A stretch of 64,000 nt of DNA from contig CAWJTV010000013.1 in NCBI GenBank assembly GCA_963845755.1, positions 192,001-256,000 of the forward strand, in the 5' to 3' direction. The stretch comes from an uncultured Planctomycetota bacterium. Its GTDB lineage: Bacteria > Planctomycetota > Planctomycetia > Isosphaerales > Isosphaeraceae. This document shows positions 55,198-64,000 of this stretch, piece by piece. A model generated the notes under the pieces. The model made no database searches, had not been told where the DNA came from, and saw only the letters and a program-made list of their open reading frames with translations. A program made the position numbers and the translations under genes. Position 1 is the first letter of the stretch. Every line of letters begins with the position of its first letter.

Positions 55198-57699
55198 TCA
55201 ATGATTAAACAAGAATTCTCGACTATTGAGCAACGCCCAGAACAGGTCATCGAGGGCCTGGGTCTGGTCCTTGCTCTGGTTCAAGGCCGGGACGAGCTTG
55301 GCCAGCTCGTCCTTGGTCGGCGTGCGCGAGAAGCAGCGCAGGTAAAGCTCGGTGATCCGCTCGTCGGGGGTCTTCTTGGATTTCATGAGCTTGGGGATCA
55401 AGCCGCCCTGCTGGATCTTGGCATTGCTGGTGTCGCCGTTGAGCAGATGGAGGGCCTGGGAGAGCGTCGGCTCCATCTTGACCTCGCAGGAGCAAGGGGT
55501 CTCTCGGGTGGCGCGGCCGAAGGTCCGGAGGAAGTAGGTGGACCGGCCGCCGTCGGCGATCTGGGTGGCTCGCGCGCCTAAGGGCAGGCCGTCGAACTTG
55601 TCCTTGGTGTCGGTCACGAAGCTGATGGTGTCGAGCAGGCTCTCGGCCTTGATCCGGCGCACCAGAGCATGGGCGAAGTTCCGGTCGTCGCTGGCGTTGC
55701 TCTCGTTGCGCTGGGTCGAGCGCTGATAGGTCCGCGAGTTGCAGATGTCGCGGACCAACTGCTTGAGGTTGTACTTCGTGTCCGTGAAGTGCTTGCCCAG
55801 GGCCTCGAGCAGCTCCGCGTTCGTCGCCGGGTTGCTGACCCGGAAGTCATCGATCGGCTCGACGATCCCGACGCCCATGAAGTGCGCCCAGACGCGATTG
55901 GCGAACGAGGTGGCGAACCAGGGATTCTGCGGCGAGGCCAGCCACTTGGCGAGCACCACGCGGCGGTCCTTGCCGGCGACGTTGGGGACTTCGCCACCCA
56001 GGAACTTGGGCGGCATGGCGCGACCACCCACGGGATGGGCCACCTCGCCGCCGCCCGAGTTGAAGATGATCGTCTCGCGATAGTCCTCGCCCTGCTTGCG
56101 GCCGATCTGGGCGAAGAACGCCGCGAAGCTGTAATAGTCGTTCTGGGTCCAGCGGTCGAAGGGGTGGTTGTGACACTGGGCGCACTGGACCCGGATCCCC
56201 ATGAAGACCTGGGCGACGTTCTCGCTTAGCGGCAGCGTCTCGTTCGTGAGCTGGTAGAAGTTGGTCGCCGCGTTCTTGAACGTGCCACCGCTGGCACCCA
56301 GGAGCTCCTGGACCATCTCATCCATCGGCATGTTCTTGGAGAGCTTGTCAACCAGCCAGTTGTAATAGAGGAACATGGCCTTCTGGCTGACGTTCCGGTT
56401 CGGGTCGGTGCGGATCTGCAACAGCTCGGCCCACTTCGAGACCCAGATCTCGGAGAACTCCTTGCGCTCGAGCAGCTCGTCGACCCACTTCGCGCGCTTC
56501 TTCGGGTCGCTCGAGGCCATGAACCGTTGGTATTCCTCGACGCTCGGCGGCAGGCCCACGATGTCGATCGCGGCGCGGCGGAGGAACGTCGCGTCGTCAC
56601 ACTGCCCGGAGGGGCCGATCCGGAGCTTCTTGAGTTTGTCGTTGACCAGCTTGTCGACGTAGTTGAACTCGGGCTCATTGGGGAACGTGAAGGTCAGGCC
56701 CTTGGGGAGCACGATGAACTGCGAGCCGACCGTGTGGGTCTCGAACCGGGCCATGACGAACGCCTCGCCGCGGTCGCCCGCGGTGATCAGACCGTCGGGG
56801 CTGACGGGCGCGGAGACGTCATTGTTGGTCAGGAAGACGGCCAGGCTGGTGACGTCGCGGTCGGTGCCGTCGGAATAGCGGGCCCGGGCGGTGAGCTGCT
56901 GGGTCGCTCCCTTGCCGTCGAGGACCCCCTGTTTGGGATAGATGTCCACGCCGACGACCGTCGGGAGCTTGTTGACGTCGTCATTCAGGGCGCCGGCCTC
57001 GATCCAGCCATGGAGGGTCTGGTACAGTTCGCTCGACGACTCGAACCGCTTGCCGCCGGTGTGGTTCACGGCACCAATGGCCTTCTCCAACATGGTGCTG
57101 TCCGAAGGGACGGCGCGATTGATCCGGCGGCCGACCATCTCGCGGGTGAGCCGGTAGTGATCGCCCTCGGGGTCGAAGCCGAAGAGTGAGATGCGGAACC
57201 CATCCTTGCCCCGCGCCGCGCCGTGGCAGCTCCCGGTATTGCAGCCGGCCCGCATGAACACGGGCATCACATCGAGCCGGAAGCTGAGCGGGGGCTGCAC
57301 CGTCGCCTGGCTGACCTTCACCGGCACCGGGACCGTCCGGCCCTCGTAACTCACGGTCAATGTCGTGGACCCGTCCGCGACCGGATAGAGGATCGCTCCC
57401 ACGCGCCGGGCCGGTTTCGGATCGGCCAGGCTCAGCGCGGCGTCCTTCGTCACGTCGCGGGTGATCCCGTCGGCGAACGTCGCCTGGACCACGATCGACT
57501 GCCGGTCGCGGGCGGTCGTCAGTTGGATCTCGGGCGGGTAGACCGCCAGGCCGGTCAGCGGCGCCGTGTGGGGTGGCGCGAAGACCTCGGCGGGGAGATC
57601 GGCCTGCGGCCGATCCCCGGCGCGAGCGATCGTGGCCAGGCCGAGTAGCAGGAGACCGACTCCGCTCATCCGTCGGATCGAGGAAAACGTATGGCTCAT
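55198..57699 (-). CDS. DUF1549/DUF1553 protein with Ig-like domains
   Basis: GCNTGSCHG, DDATFLRR, CAQCHNHPFD, ANRVWAHFMG.GIVEP.DD, WALLNSREFLFNH. Confidence 0.92.
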   Translation of the reverse strand: MSHTFSSIRRMSGVGLLLLGLATIARAGDRPQADLPAEVFAPPHTAPLTGLAVYPPEIQLTTARDRQSIVVQATFADGITRDVTKDAALSLADPKPARRVGAILYPVADGSTTLTVSYEGRTVPVPVKVSQATVQPPLSFRLDVMPVFMRAGCNTGSCHGAARGKDGFRISLFGFDPEGDHYRLTREMVGRRINRAVPSDSTMLEKAIGAVNHTGGKRFESSSELYQTLHGWIEAGALNDDVNKLPTVVGVDIYPKQGVLDGKGATQQLTARARYSDGTDRDVTSLAVFLTNNDVSAPVSPDGLITAGDRGEAFVMARFETHTVGSQFIVLPKGLTFTFPNEPEFNYVDKLVNDKLKKLRIGPSGQCDDATFLRRAAIDIVGLPPSVEEYQRFMASSDPKKRAKWVDELLERKEFSEIWVSKWAELLQIRTDPNRNVSQKAMFLYYNWLVDKLSKNMPMDEMVQELLGASGGTFKNAATNFYQLTNETLPLSENVAQVFMGIRVQCAQCHNHPFDRWTQNDYYSFAAFFAQIGRKQGEDYRETIIFNSGGGEVAHPVGGRAMPPKFLGGEVPNVAGKDRRVVLAKWLASPQNPWFATSFANRVWAHFMGVGIVEPIDDFRVSNPATNAELLEALGKHFTDTKYNLKQLVRDICNSRTYQRSTQRNESNASDDRNFAHALVRRIKAESLLDTISFVTDTKDKFDGLPLGARATQIADGGRSTYFLRTFGRATRETPCSCEVKMEPTLSQALHLLNGDTSNAKIQQGGLIPKLMKSKKTPDERITELYLRCFSRTPTKDELAKLVPALNQSKDQTQALDDLFWALLNSREFLFNH

Positions 57700-57725
57700 G
57701 GTGATGGGATCCTTGCTGATTCAAC

Positions 57726-57785
57726 GTAGATCAGGCTTTCCAGCCTGACATGTGATTCGGTGTCAGGCTGGAAAGCCTGACCTAC
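57726..57785. repeat. GTAG-type REP doublet
   Basis: gtagatcaggctttccagcctgaca ... tgtcaggctggaaagcctgacctac; related copy at 33041-33068. Confidence 0.8.
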
Positions 57786-57793
57786 GTGGTTGC

Positions 57794-60224
57794 TCACTTG
57801 CCCGCGGCCTTGGCTTGTGCGCTCTCGAGCCGGAGCTTCTCCAGCCGGGTGAGCGGCCTGGCGGGCGCAGCCGCCGGCTTGGGAGCGGCCGCGACCTTCA
57901 CCGGCGCCGGCGCCGGTGCGTTCGGTTTGGGCGGCAGCGGCACGTCGATGCGGAGGGCGCCGGTGCCGATGTTGTGCAAGATCGGCTCGCCGTTCTGCAT
58001 CACCACCACCTGGCAGAACAGGCTATTATGATTACCGGCCGGCGAGACCTTGTCGGTCTTGATATGGAAGACCAGGTCGGTCGTGTCCTTGGTGATCTTC
58101 TTGACGTCGGTGGTGACCTTGTTGGGCAGTCCGATCAGCGTGACCTGAGCCTCGCCTGGGAAATCGACGGCCTTGGCCACCTTGATCGCCATGTTCAACC
58201 TCCTTCCCCTGATCGACGCTCGCCGCCTGGAACGCGAGGCCGACGAATGGCTGGGAGATCGTCAAGTTGGCCAGTTGCGAGGAGACCATGATCGGCCCGG
58301 ACGCCACGCCCGACGCCCCCTGGACCACGATCTTCCAGGTCCGCAACTCGGCGCCGCCGTCGGCGTTCACGGGGATGATGGCCTCGTCCTTGCCCTCGGG
58401 GATCGCGATCCCACCGCCCGAGCCGACGCCCGGCGGGTTCCACGGGAGATAGACCGCGATCGCCGCCTTGAAGCCCGGCTTGCGGTGTGCCCGGATCTTC
58501 AGCCCCATCGAGCCGCCGCGGACCAGCGGCACCTTGGGCTCGACGATCTCGATCGTGTAGGGGCATTCGTCGGTCACGGCAACCGCCAGGCGATCGACCG
58601 TCCGGGACCAGACGTTGACGTTGTTCTGGCCGAAAACCAGGATCGATGTCGCGGAGAACTCCGAGGGGACCTTGACCTTCTCGTCGACCGGCTTGCCGGT
58701 GACCGTCGCCAGCGACGAGCCCAGCGGTGCATCGGGCTTGGCCGAGAAGAGTACGGGCACGACCGGCTGGCTGGCGGCCATGATCGGCGCCTCGAAGGTC
58801 ACGCCCGGCGGCAAGTTTCCGACTCCGACATTCAGCTCGCCGCCGAAGTCCGCTCGCGAACCGTAGATCAAGAGCGCCTGCCGGTTCCCCTTGGGCACCG
58901 CGGCGGCGATGATGCCGGTGCCGAGCGGGATCTGCTCGGTGACCGTGGACATCGCCAGCTTCGCCACGACCGGGGTGGCTTCGATGCGATAGGCGTAGTC
59001 GGGCCCGCCCTTGCCGAGCTGGTCGACCAGCCAGATCACATACTCGGCGTTCTCCGGCGCCTGGAATCGGAAATAGCTATCCGGTCCGATCGCGTCGTCG
59101 GCACCGAGCATCGCCCCGCCGCCCTTTTTGCCCAGGTACATGACCGGATCGAGCGGCGAACGAATCCGCCGCGCGTAGCAATGGATATCGAAGACCTGGC
59201 CCTTGGTCGCCTTGAAGACGAAGTGATCGACGTCACCGGGCTTGCCGATGATCCCGTTGACGGCCATCGTCGTCTCGAACGGCGTGGCGTGGGCCTGGTC
59301 GTCGTTGGGTTCCTTCTCGATCACGTTGCCCAGCGACGTGAGCCGGAAGACGTTGGGATACGGCGAGACCCCCTTATCGTCCTGACGCATCAGACCGAAC
59401 TCGTTCGAGGCGGAGCTCGGCAGCGTCACCTTCGTGGTCGTCTCGCCGGCTGCGTCCCCGATCCAACGCACCTCCAGGGTCTCACCGGGCTTGCCACCGG
59501 CGGGCATCAGCGCCGTCGCGCGGGGGAAATTGCCCACGTGGAGCCGATAGAGGCACGCGCCGTTGCCCGAGTAGGAACTCTCGCGCACCTGGATGATGTA
59601 CTTCCCATCCTCCGGCGCGATGATCGACGTGAACCCGTCGCGAAGGATCAACGCCGCGTCGTCGCTGACGCCCAGCTCGAACCGCTTCGCGTTCAGGATC
59701 GCCACGTACGGATCGAACTCGAAGATGCCCAGCCGGTGCCCCTCGACCTCGACCGAGATCCGCTCTCCCTTCTTGGCCGCGACGACGAAGTAATCCACGT
59801 CCTCGTTCTCGGCGACGCCGTTGACCGTCACGTTCATGGCGATCGGCTGCGGAGCCGCGAAGTCGTTATTGGGCTCCTTCTCCTGCGTCTCCTTGAGCGC
59901 GCCGACGCTGAATGTCCGATGCTCGCTGATCCCGGTCGCCGTCCGCACCCGCAGGTCGTGGAGTCCCAGGGAGCATTCCGGCGCGATCTTCATCCGGACG
60001 GTAACGGCGTTATCGTTCACTTTCTTGATCGAGATCGTCGCGATCCCGGGCTGGTAATACATGATCTCGACGGCATCGCCCAGCCGCTCGCCGGAGAAGG
60101 TCACGTCCAGCTCGGTACCGCGCTGGCCGCCCACGGGACGGATCGCGGTCAGGCTGGGCGAGGCCGCTTGGGCTGTTGACAGGAGCAGGAACGTGAGGGC
60201 TGTTGCAAAGAGGCTGAAACGCAT
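57794..60224 (-). CDS. Pre-peptidase C-terminal (PPC) domain exported protein (frameshift near 58195)
   Basis: P.GGQRGT, two EKEPND repeats, DVDYF/DVDHF, YRLHVG. Confidence 0.88.
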
Positions 60225-60243
60225 CGTCGCTTCGCTCCGGTTT

Positions 60244-60840
60244 TCAAGGATTCGCCCGGCCGACCGCGATCTTGGGTCGGGTCGGACCGGAAATCAGTCG
60301 GAAGGTCAGCGGCAAGACCTGACTGGAAAGGACGAGGGCATCGTCCAGGCGGGCACGCCCGACCAGTTCCCACCGATCGCCTTCTCTTCGATGAAGCTCC
60401 AGTTGCCAGGGGTTGCGGTCCACCAGGTGCAATTCGCGGACGCCAACCTTCGCATAGAAGCCGAATTTCTCGCGCGAACGATCGAACCGGCTCGTGATCT
60501 CGACCGCGTAATCTGGCCCGCCGAACCAATGCGATCCCCGATCCTCAGCCGGGTTCCCCGGGAGGAACACGGCGACATCGGGGCATCGATAATTGCGTCT
60601 CCAACGCTTGGGCTGATCGCTGATATTGCAACCGGCGAAGAGCTGAATCGGTTCATCAGGCCCCAGGACGTTCCGGATGTCGATCGCGAATTCGAGTCCG
60701 AGCCGCTGATGCTCGTTGTCGGCCAGCGGCGGCATGACGTAGACCCCGTTCCAGACCTCGTCCCGGAGATCGCCGCCGGAGGCGCGGCGCTTCCGGATCA
60801 GGCGCTTCAATTCACCGGGATCGAGGCTCACGATGGCCAT
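60244..60840 (-). CDS. Uma2 family (PD-(D/E)xK) endonuclease
   Basis: EVWNG..MPP..EHQ, RCPDVAV, PDYAVEITS, K..FYAKVGVRE. Confidence 0.9.
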   Translation of the reverse strand: MAIVSLDPGELKRLIRKRRASGGDLRDEVWNGVYVMPPLADNEHQRLGLEFAIDIRNVLGPDEPIQLFAGCNISDQPKRWRRNYRCPDVAVFLPGNPAEDRGSHWFGGPDYAVEITSRFDRSREKFGFYAKVGVRELHLVDRNPWQLELHRREGDRWELVGRARLDDALVLSSQVLPLTFRLISGPTRPKIAVGRANP

Positions 60841-60927
60841 GGGCTTTCCTCGAATCAGTTTTCAGTGTTCGGATTTCATCAGGCAAACGTTTTATCAACT
60901 GAACACTGACTACTGACCACTGCTGGC

Positions 60928-62238
60928 TCAGGCCAACAACTCCTTGACCACATTGCCACCGTTGACGATCTCGATGGGCCGGTTGCCCGGCGCCATCAGT
61001 TCCTTGTCGGCGACGATGCCGAGTTGATGGTAGACGGTGGTGGCGAAGTCCTCGGGCCCAATCGGATCGCGTTCGGGCTCGGAGGCCGTGGAGTTCGAGG
61101 AGCCATAGATGACTCCGCGCTTGACGCCGCCGCCGGCCAGCACGACGCTGAAGACCTTGGGCCAGTGGTCGCGGCCGGCCTGCGGATTGATCTTCGGGGT
61201 GCGGCCGAACTCGCTGGAGACCATGACGAGGGTCCGGTTGAGCAGCCCGTTGCGGTCGAGGTCCCGGATCAAGGTCGCGAACGCCTGGTCGAACGGCGGC
61301 ATCTGGCTCCTCATGCCGGAGACGATCTGGTAGTGGAAGTCCCAGCCGCCGTAATCGACCGTGACGAACCGGACGCCCGCGGCCACCAGCCGGCGGGCCA
61401 GCAGCATGCGCTGACCGGCGGCGTGCCGCCCGTACTCGTCCCGGATCTTGGCCGGCTCGGCGTTGATGTTGAACGCCTCCCGGGCCTTCTGCGAGCTGAT
61501 CAGGCTGTAGGCCCGCTGGTAGAAGGTATCCATCGCCTCGATGTTGTCGCTCTTCTCGCGCTCGGCGAAATAGGCATTCACGGTGTCGAGCATATTGCGC
61601 CGAGAGGCGAACCGCGGCTCCTTGACCGAACCGGGCAGGTTCAGGTCCTGGACCTGGAATCCCGGATCCGCCGGGTCGCGACCCAGACTGAACGGCGAGA
61701 ACGAAGAGCTAAGATAGCCCGTGCCCGCATACGTGTTCGGCTGGTTCGGGATGCAGACGTATGGCGGCAGGTTGTTCCGGGGGCCGTACTCGTGGGAGAC
61801 CACGCTGCCCATGCTGGGAAACTGGAGTGCGGGGCTGGGGCGGTAGCCCGTGAACATGTTGTGCGTGCCCCGCTCGTGGGCCGCCTCGCCATGCGTCATC
61901 GAGCGGATCACCAGCAGTTTGTCGGCGATCTGAGCGGTCTGGGGGAGCGTCTCGCTGAACTTCTCGCCCTCGATCTTGGTGTTGATCGAGCCCATGTCGC
62001 CCCGGTACTCGATCGGGGCGAACGGCTTGGGGTCGAACGTCTCCTGGTGCGCGATCCCACCGGGGAGGAAAATATGGATCACCGAGTCGGCTTTCGGCGC
62101 GATTGCGGCGTAGTTCTTCAGATCGGCCCGCGCCTCGATTCGCAGGACGTCGGCCAGGGTCAAGCCCCCGAGCCCAATCGTCCCGACCGTGAGGAACCCT
62201 CGGCGACTGACCGGGTTGCGGAAACTGGCGGATGCCAT
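60928..62238 (-). CDS. DUF1501 protein with Tat signal
   Basis: SRRGFL, FLPGGIAHQETFDPKP, GWDFH, SEFGRTP, GRDHWP. Confidence 0.93.
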   Translation of the reverse strand: MASASFRNPVSRRGFLTVGTIGLGGLTLADVLRIEARADLKNYAAIAPKADSVIHIFLPGGIAHQETFDPKPFAPIEYRGDMGSINTKIEGEKFSETLPQTAQIADKLLVIRSMTHGEAAHERGTHNMFTGYRPSPALQFPSMGSVVSHEYGPRNNLPPYVCIPNQPNTYAGTGYLSSSFSPFSLGRDPADPGFQVQDLNLPGSVKEPRFASRRNMLDTVNAYFAEREKSDNIEAMDTFYQRAYSLISSQKAREAFNINAEPAKIRDEYGRHAAGQRMLLARRLVAAGVRFVTVDYGGWDFHYQIVSGMRSQMPPFDQAFATLIRDLDRNGLLNRTLVMVSSEFGRTPKINPQAGRDHWPKVFSVVLAGGGVKRGVIYGSSNSTASEPERDPIGPEDFATTVYHQLGIVADKELMAPGNRPIEIVNGGNVVKELLA

Positions 62239-62602
62239 CGAATCGTCTCCTCTGCTCGGTGATCTCGGGAATCGACGCTGCAAAACCGAGGCCGGCTCGC
62301 GGCACTCGTCGCCGCCCCGCGGAATCACCACACTGGGTAAAATAGGATAGGTGCGTTCGATACAGGATGGTCAATTGACGGCGAGAAAACCTTCGTGGTC
62401 GGGTGTGGATAATCCTTGCAAGGATGTATGCGTATCAGGAACCCACTTCGCGTCGCTCCCTCGACTTGATGTTCCGCCATCGAGGGGCCGCGTTACTCCA
62501 TAGGCATAAGTGCTTGGCGTCTCTGAATTTAGGAGGGATGGTTGGGTCCGAAAGCGAGTCGAGTAGCGTCCTGGGATGTCCAACAGCATCGCACAGCACT
62601 TG

Positions 62603-63427
62603 TTAAATAAATACGGAGTGGTTGCAACCTGCCTGGCGCGGTTTCTCCTGAAAACGTCCAGGTGGGCCCTTTTTCCGAATGCGGAACGCGTGATTGTCGT
62701 CCCGCGCCCTCCAAGTTCCGTAGACTGAATCCGGTGATCGATCCCAATGTCGGAACGACCGCCGCAATCGACCTGATCGGCAAAGTTTGCGTAGACCTCT
62801 CAGATTTGGCTTCGTTCGCGCATTTTGCCTCGGATTGGTTGAGCGGGCCTGGGTTCGTTCGCGCGATTCTGGCTGGATCGGACAGTGATCCTGGGTTCGT
62901 TCGCGCGATTTTGCTCGCGAGCTTCGTCCCGAGGCCCGAAGCCTCCTGGCTGCCGCCCCATCGCGTCGCATCCCCCATTTCAGCCGATACCCCCGTTTTT
63001 CGTTTTCTTCTCGTTGCGCACCCCGAACGCTGCCGGGACGACCCTTATCCTTATTATAGAAACTCGTACGGGGTTTGTGACGCCAGGGCTCGGGAAAAAC
63101 CGGAACCACCCGCCTGGTGCCGCCTCCCCGGCGACCGCATTGACGCCGGCGTACGCCGTCTGCCGACGACTTCAGAACCGAGCCCCGGTCGGTCCGCCGT
63201 GCAAGCGCCGCAAGGTGGTCGTTCTTCTGGGACACCGATTGCACCAACTCAATGAACTGCCGACCGAACTCGGCAGCCTGCGCCCAACCACGGGTCTGAT
63301 CCTTGATCGTTTGAGGCTGACTCGTTCGCCGAGCTCCGCGCCGCCACGAGGGTCCGCAATGCGATCCCGGCCAATGATCGATCCATCGTGCGCTCCTCAA
63401 AGGCGTCCTGTTCTGTATGGACACCAT
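62603..63427 (-). CDS. Hypothetical protein, possibly frameshifted, with RERTQ/ARTNP-type repeats
   Basis: ttcgttcgcgc-type repeats at about 62810, 62853 and 62895; reading frame uncertain. Confidence 0.3.
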   Translation of the reverse strand: MVSIQNRTPLRSARWIDHWPGSHCGPSWRRGARRTSQPQTIKDQTRGWAQAAEFGRQFIELVQSVSQKNDHLAALARRTDRGSVLKSSADGVRRRQCGRRGGGTRRVVPVFPEPWRHKPRTSFYNKDKGRPGSVRGAQREENEKRGYRLKWGMRRDGAAARRLRASGRSSRAKSRERTQDHCPIQPESRERTQARSTNPRQNARTKPNLRGLRKLCRSGRLRRSFRHWDRSPDSVYGTWRARDDNHAFRIRKKGPPGRFQEKPRQAGCNHSVFI

Positions 63428-63601
63428 GCCACTTACTCCAAACCGGGTGAGGGTTGGGTAGGGTCGAGCCAGCCGAAAAGAGGCGCCGGCGCGAATGTGC
63501 GTCGCGCCGCTTCCGGCCCGGGTGGGTAGCGACTACACTGGTCATGAAGACGGTCCAAACCTGCATAACGGTCAATGATCGACCTATTGGTCTGGCGGGT
63601 C

Positions 63602-64000
63602 ATGGTGGCCGGGGCTCAAGAGGGAAAGCCGGACTACCTGGAAGTTCTGGTGGTCGCGGCGGCGCCGGTGGATCTCCGGCCGGCGCTGAACCTGGCGGTC
63701 GAGGTTGCGAAGCTCGAGGACATGGTGCGACGGTCGGCGATCCCGATCCGTATGCGCCGACTGTTCCCGCCGACGTACGCGCAATTGGAGAAGGAGCTCT
63801 CGGCACCGGCTCTGGAACGGAGGAGGCGCGAGCCGCGGGTGCTCCATTTCCTGGACCACGGGGTGAACAGGCTGCACTGTGAACGCTTGACAATGCCTAG
63901 GTTTGCGTTCATTATTACCGTCATGACAGGCCAGGATCATGAGTATCGTGATCCTCCCTTGTATCCGTGGAGAGGCACCGTCGAGAAGAGTAACTTGGCT
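63602..64000 (+). pseudogene. CHAT-domain N-terminal fragment (frame open to the window end)
   Basis: Not in the ORF track. Manual translation: LEVLVVAAAPVDLRPALNLAVEVAKLE...PPTYAQLEKEL...RVLHFLDHG, after which similarity appears lost. Confidence 0.6.

Noticed and set aside
58173..60179. Long antisense ORFs (also 8869-9909, 34590-35990, 61024-62262 and others)
   Set aside because: Shadow frames of well-supported opposite-strand genes in GC-rich DNA.

Overview
GC-rich window whose gene families point to a planctomycete, probably Isosphaeraceae-like (inference from ECF sigma/Ser-Thr kinase pairs, the DUF1501-DUF1549/1553-PPC-WD40 cluster and LEGR/LEDR-type N-terminal motifs). From left to right it holds: (1) an exosortase / giant TPR / PEP-CTERM-variant locus; (2) an IS5 element and an ECF-kinase pair; (3) an accessory island at about 10.4-20.1 kb; (4) metabolic genes, including a class III aminotransferase with an HPPD/HglS-like partner and an atu/liu-like cluster; (5) a cargo-free 2 kb serine-recombinase element inside a REP-like repeat; (6) a second ECF-kinase pair and the DUF1501 cluster. 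The island carries a second IS, an amino-methyltransferase translationally coupled to a PIN toxin, a symmetric divergent promoter, two truncated transposases, two TA pairs separated by stuttered GGGGAC/GGTGTC repeats, and an ORF-less group II intron whose EBS1 matches the palindrome it sits in. About 20 genes carry frameshifts, most likely long-read indel errors, so they are called as joined genes. I recognised no rRNA, tRNA or CRISPR array. All family calls come from motifs read by eye; no database searches were run.
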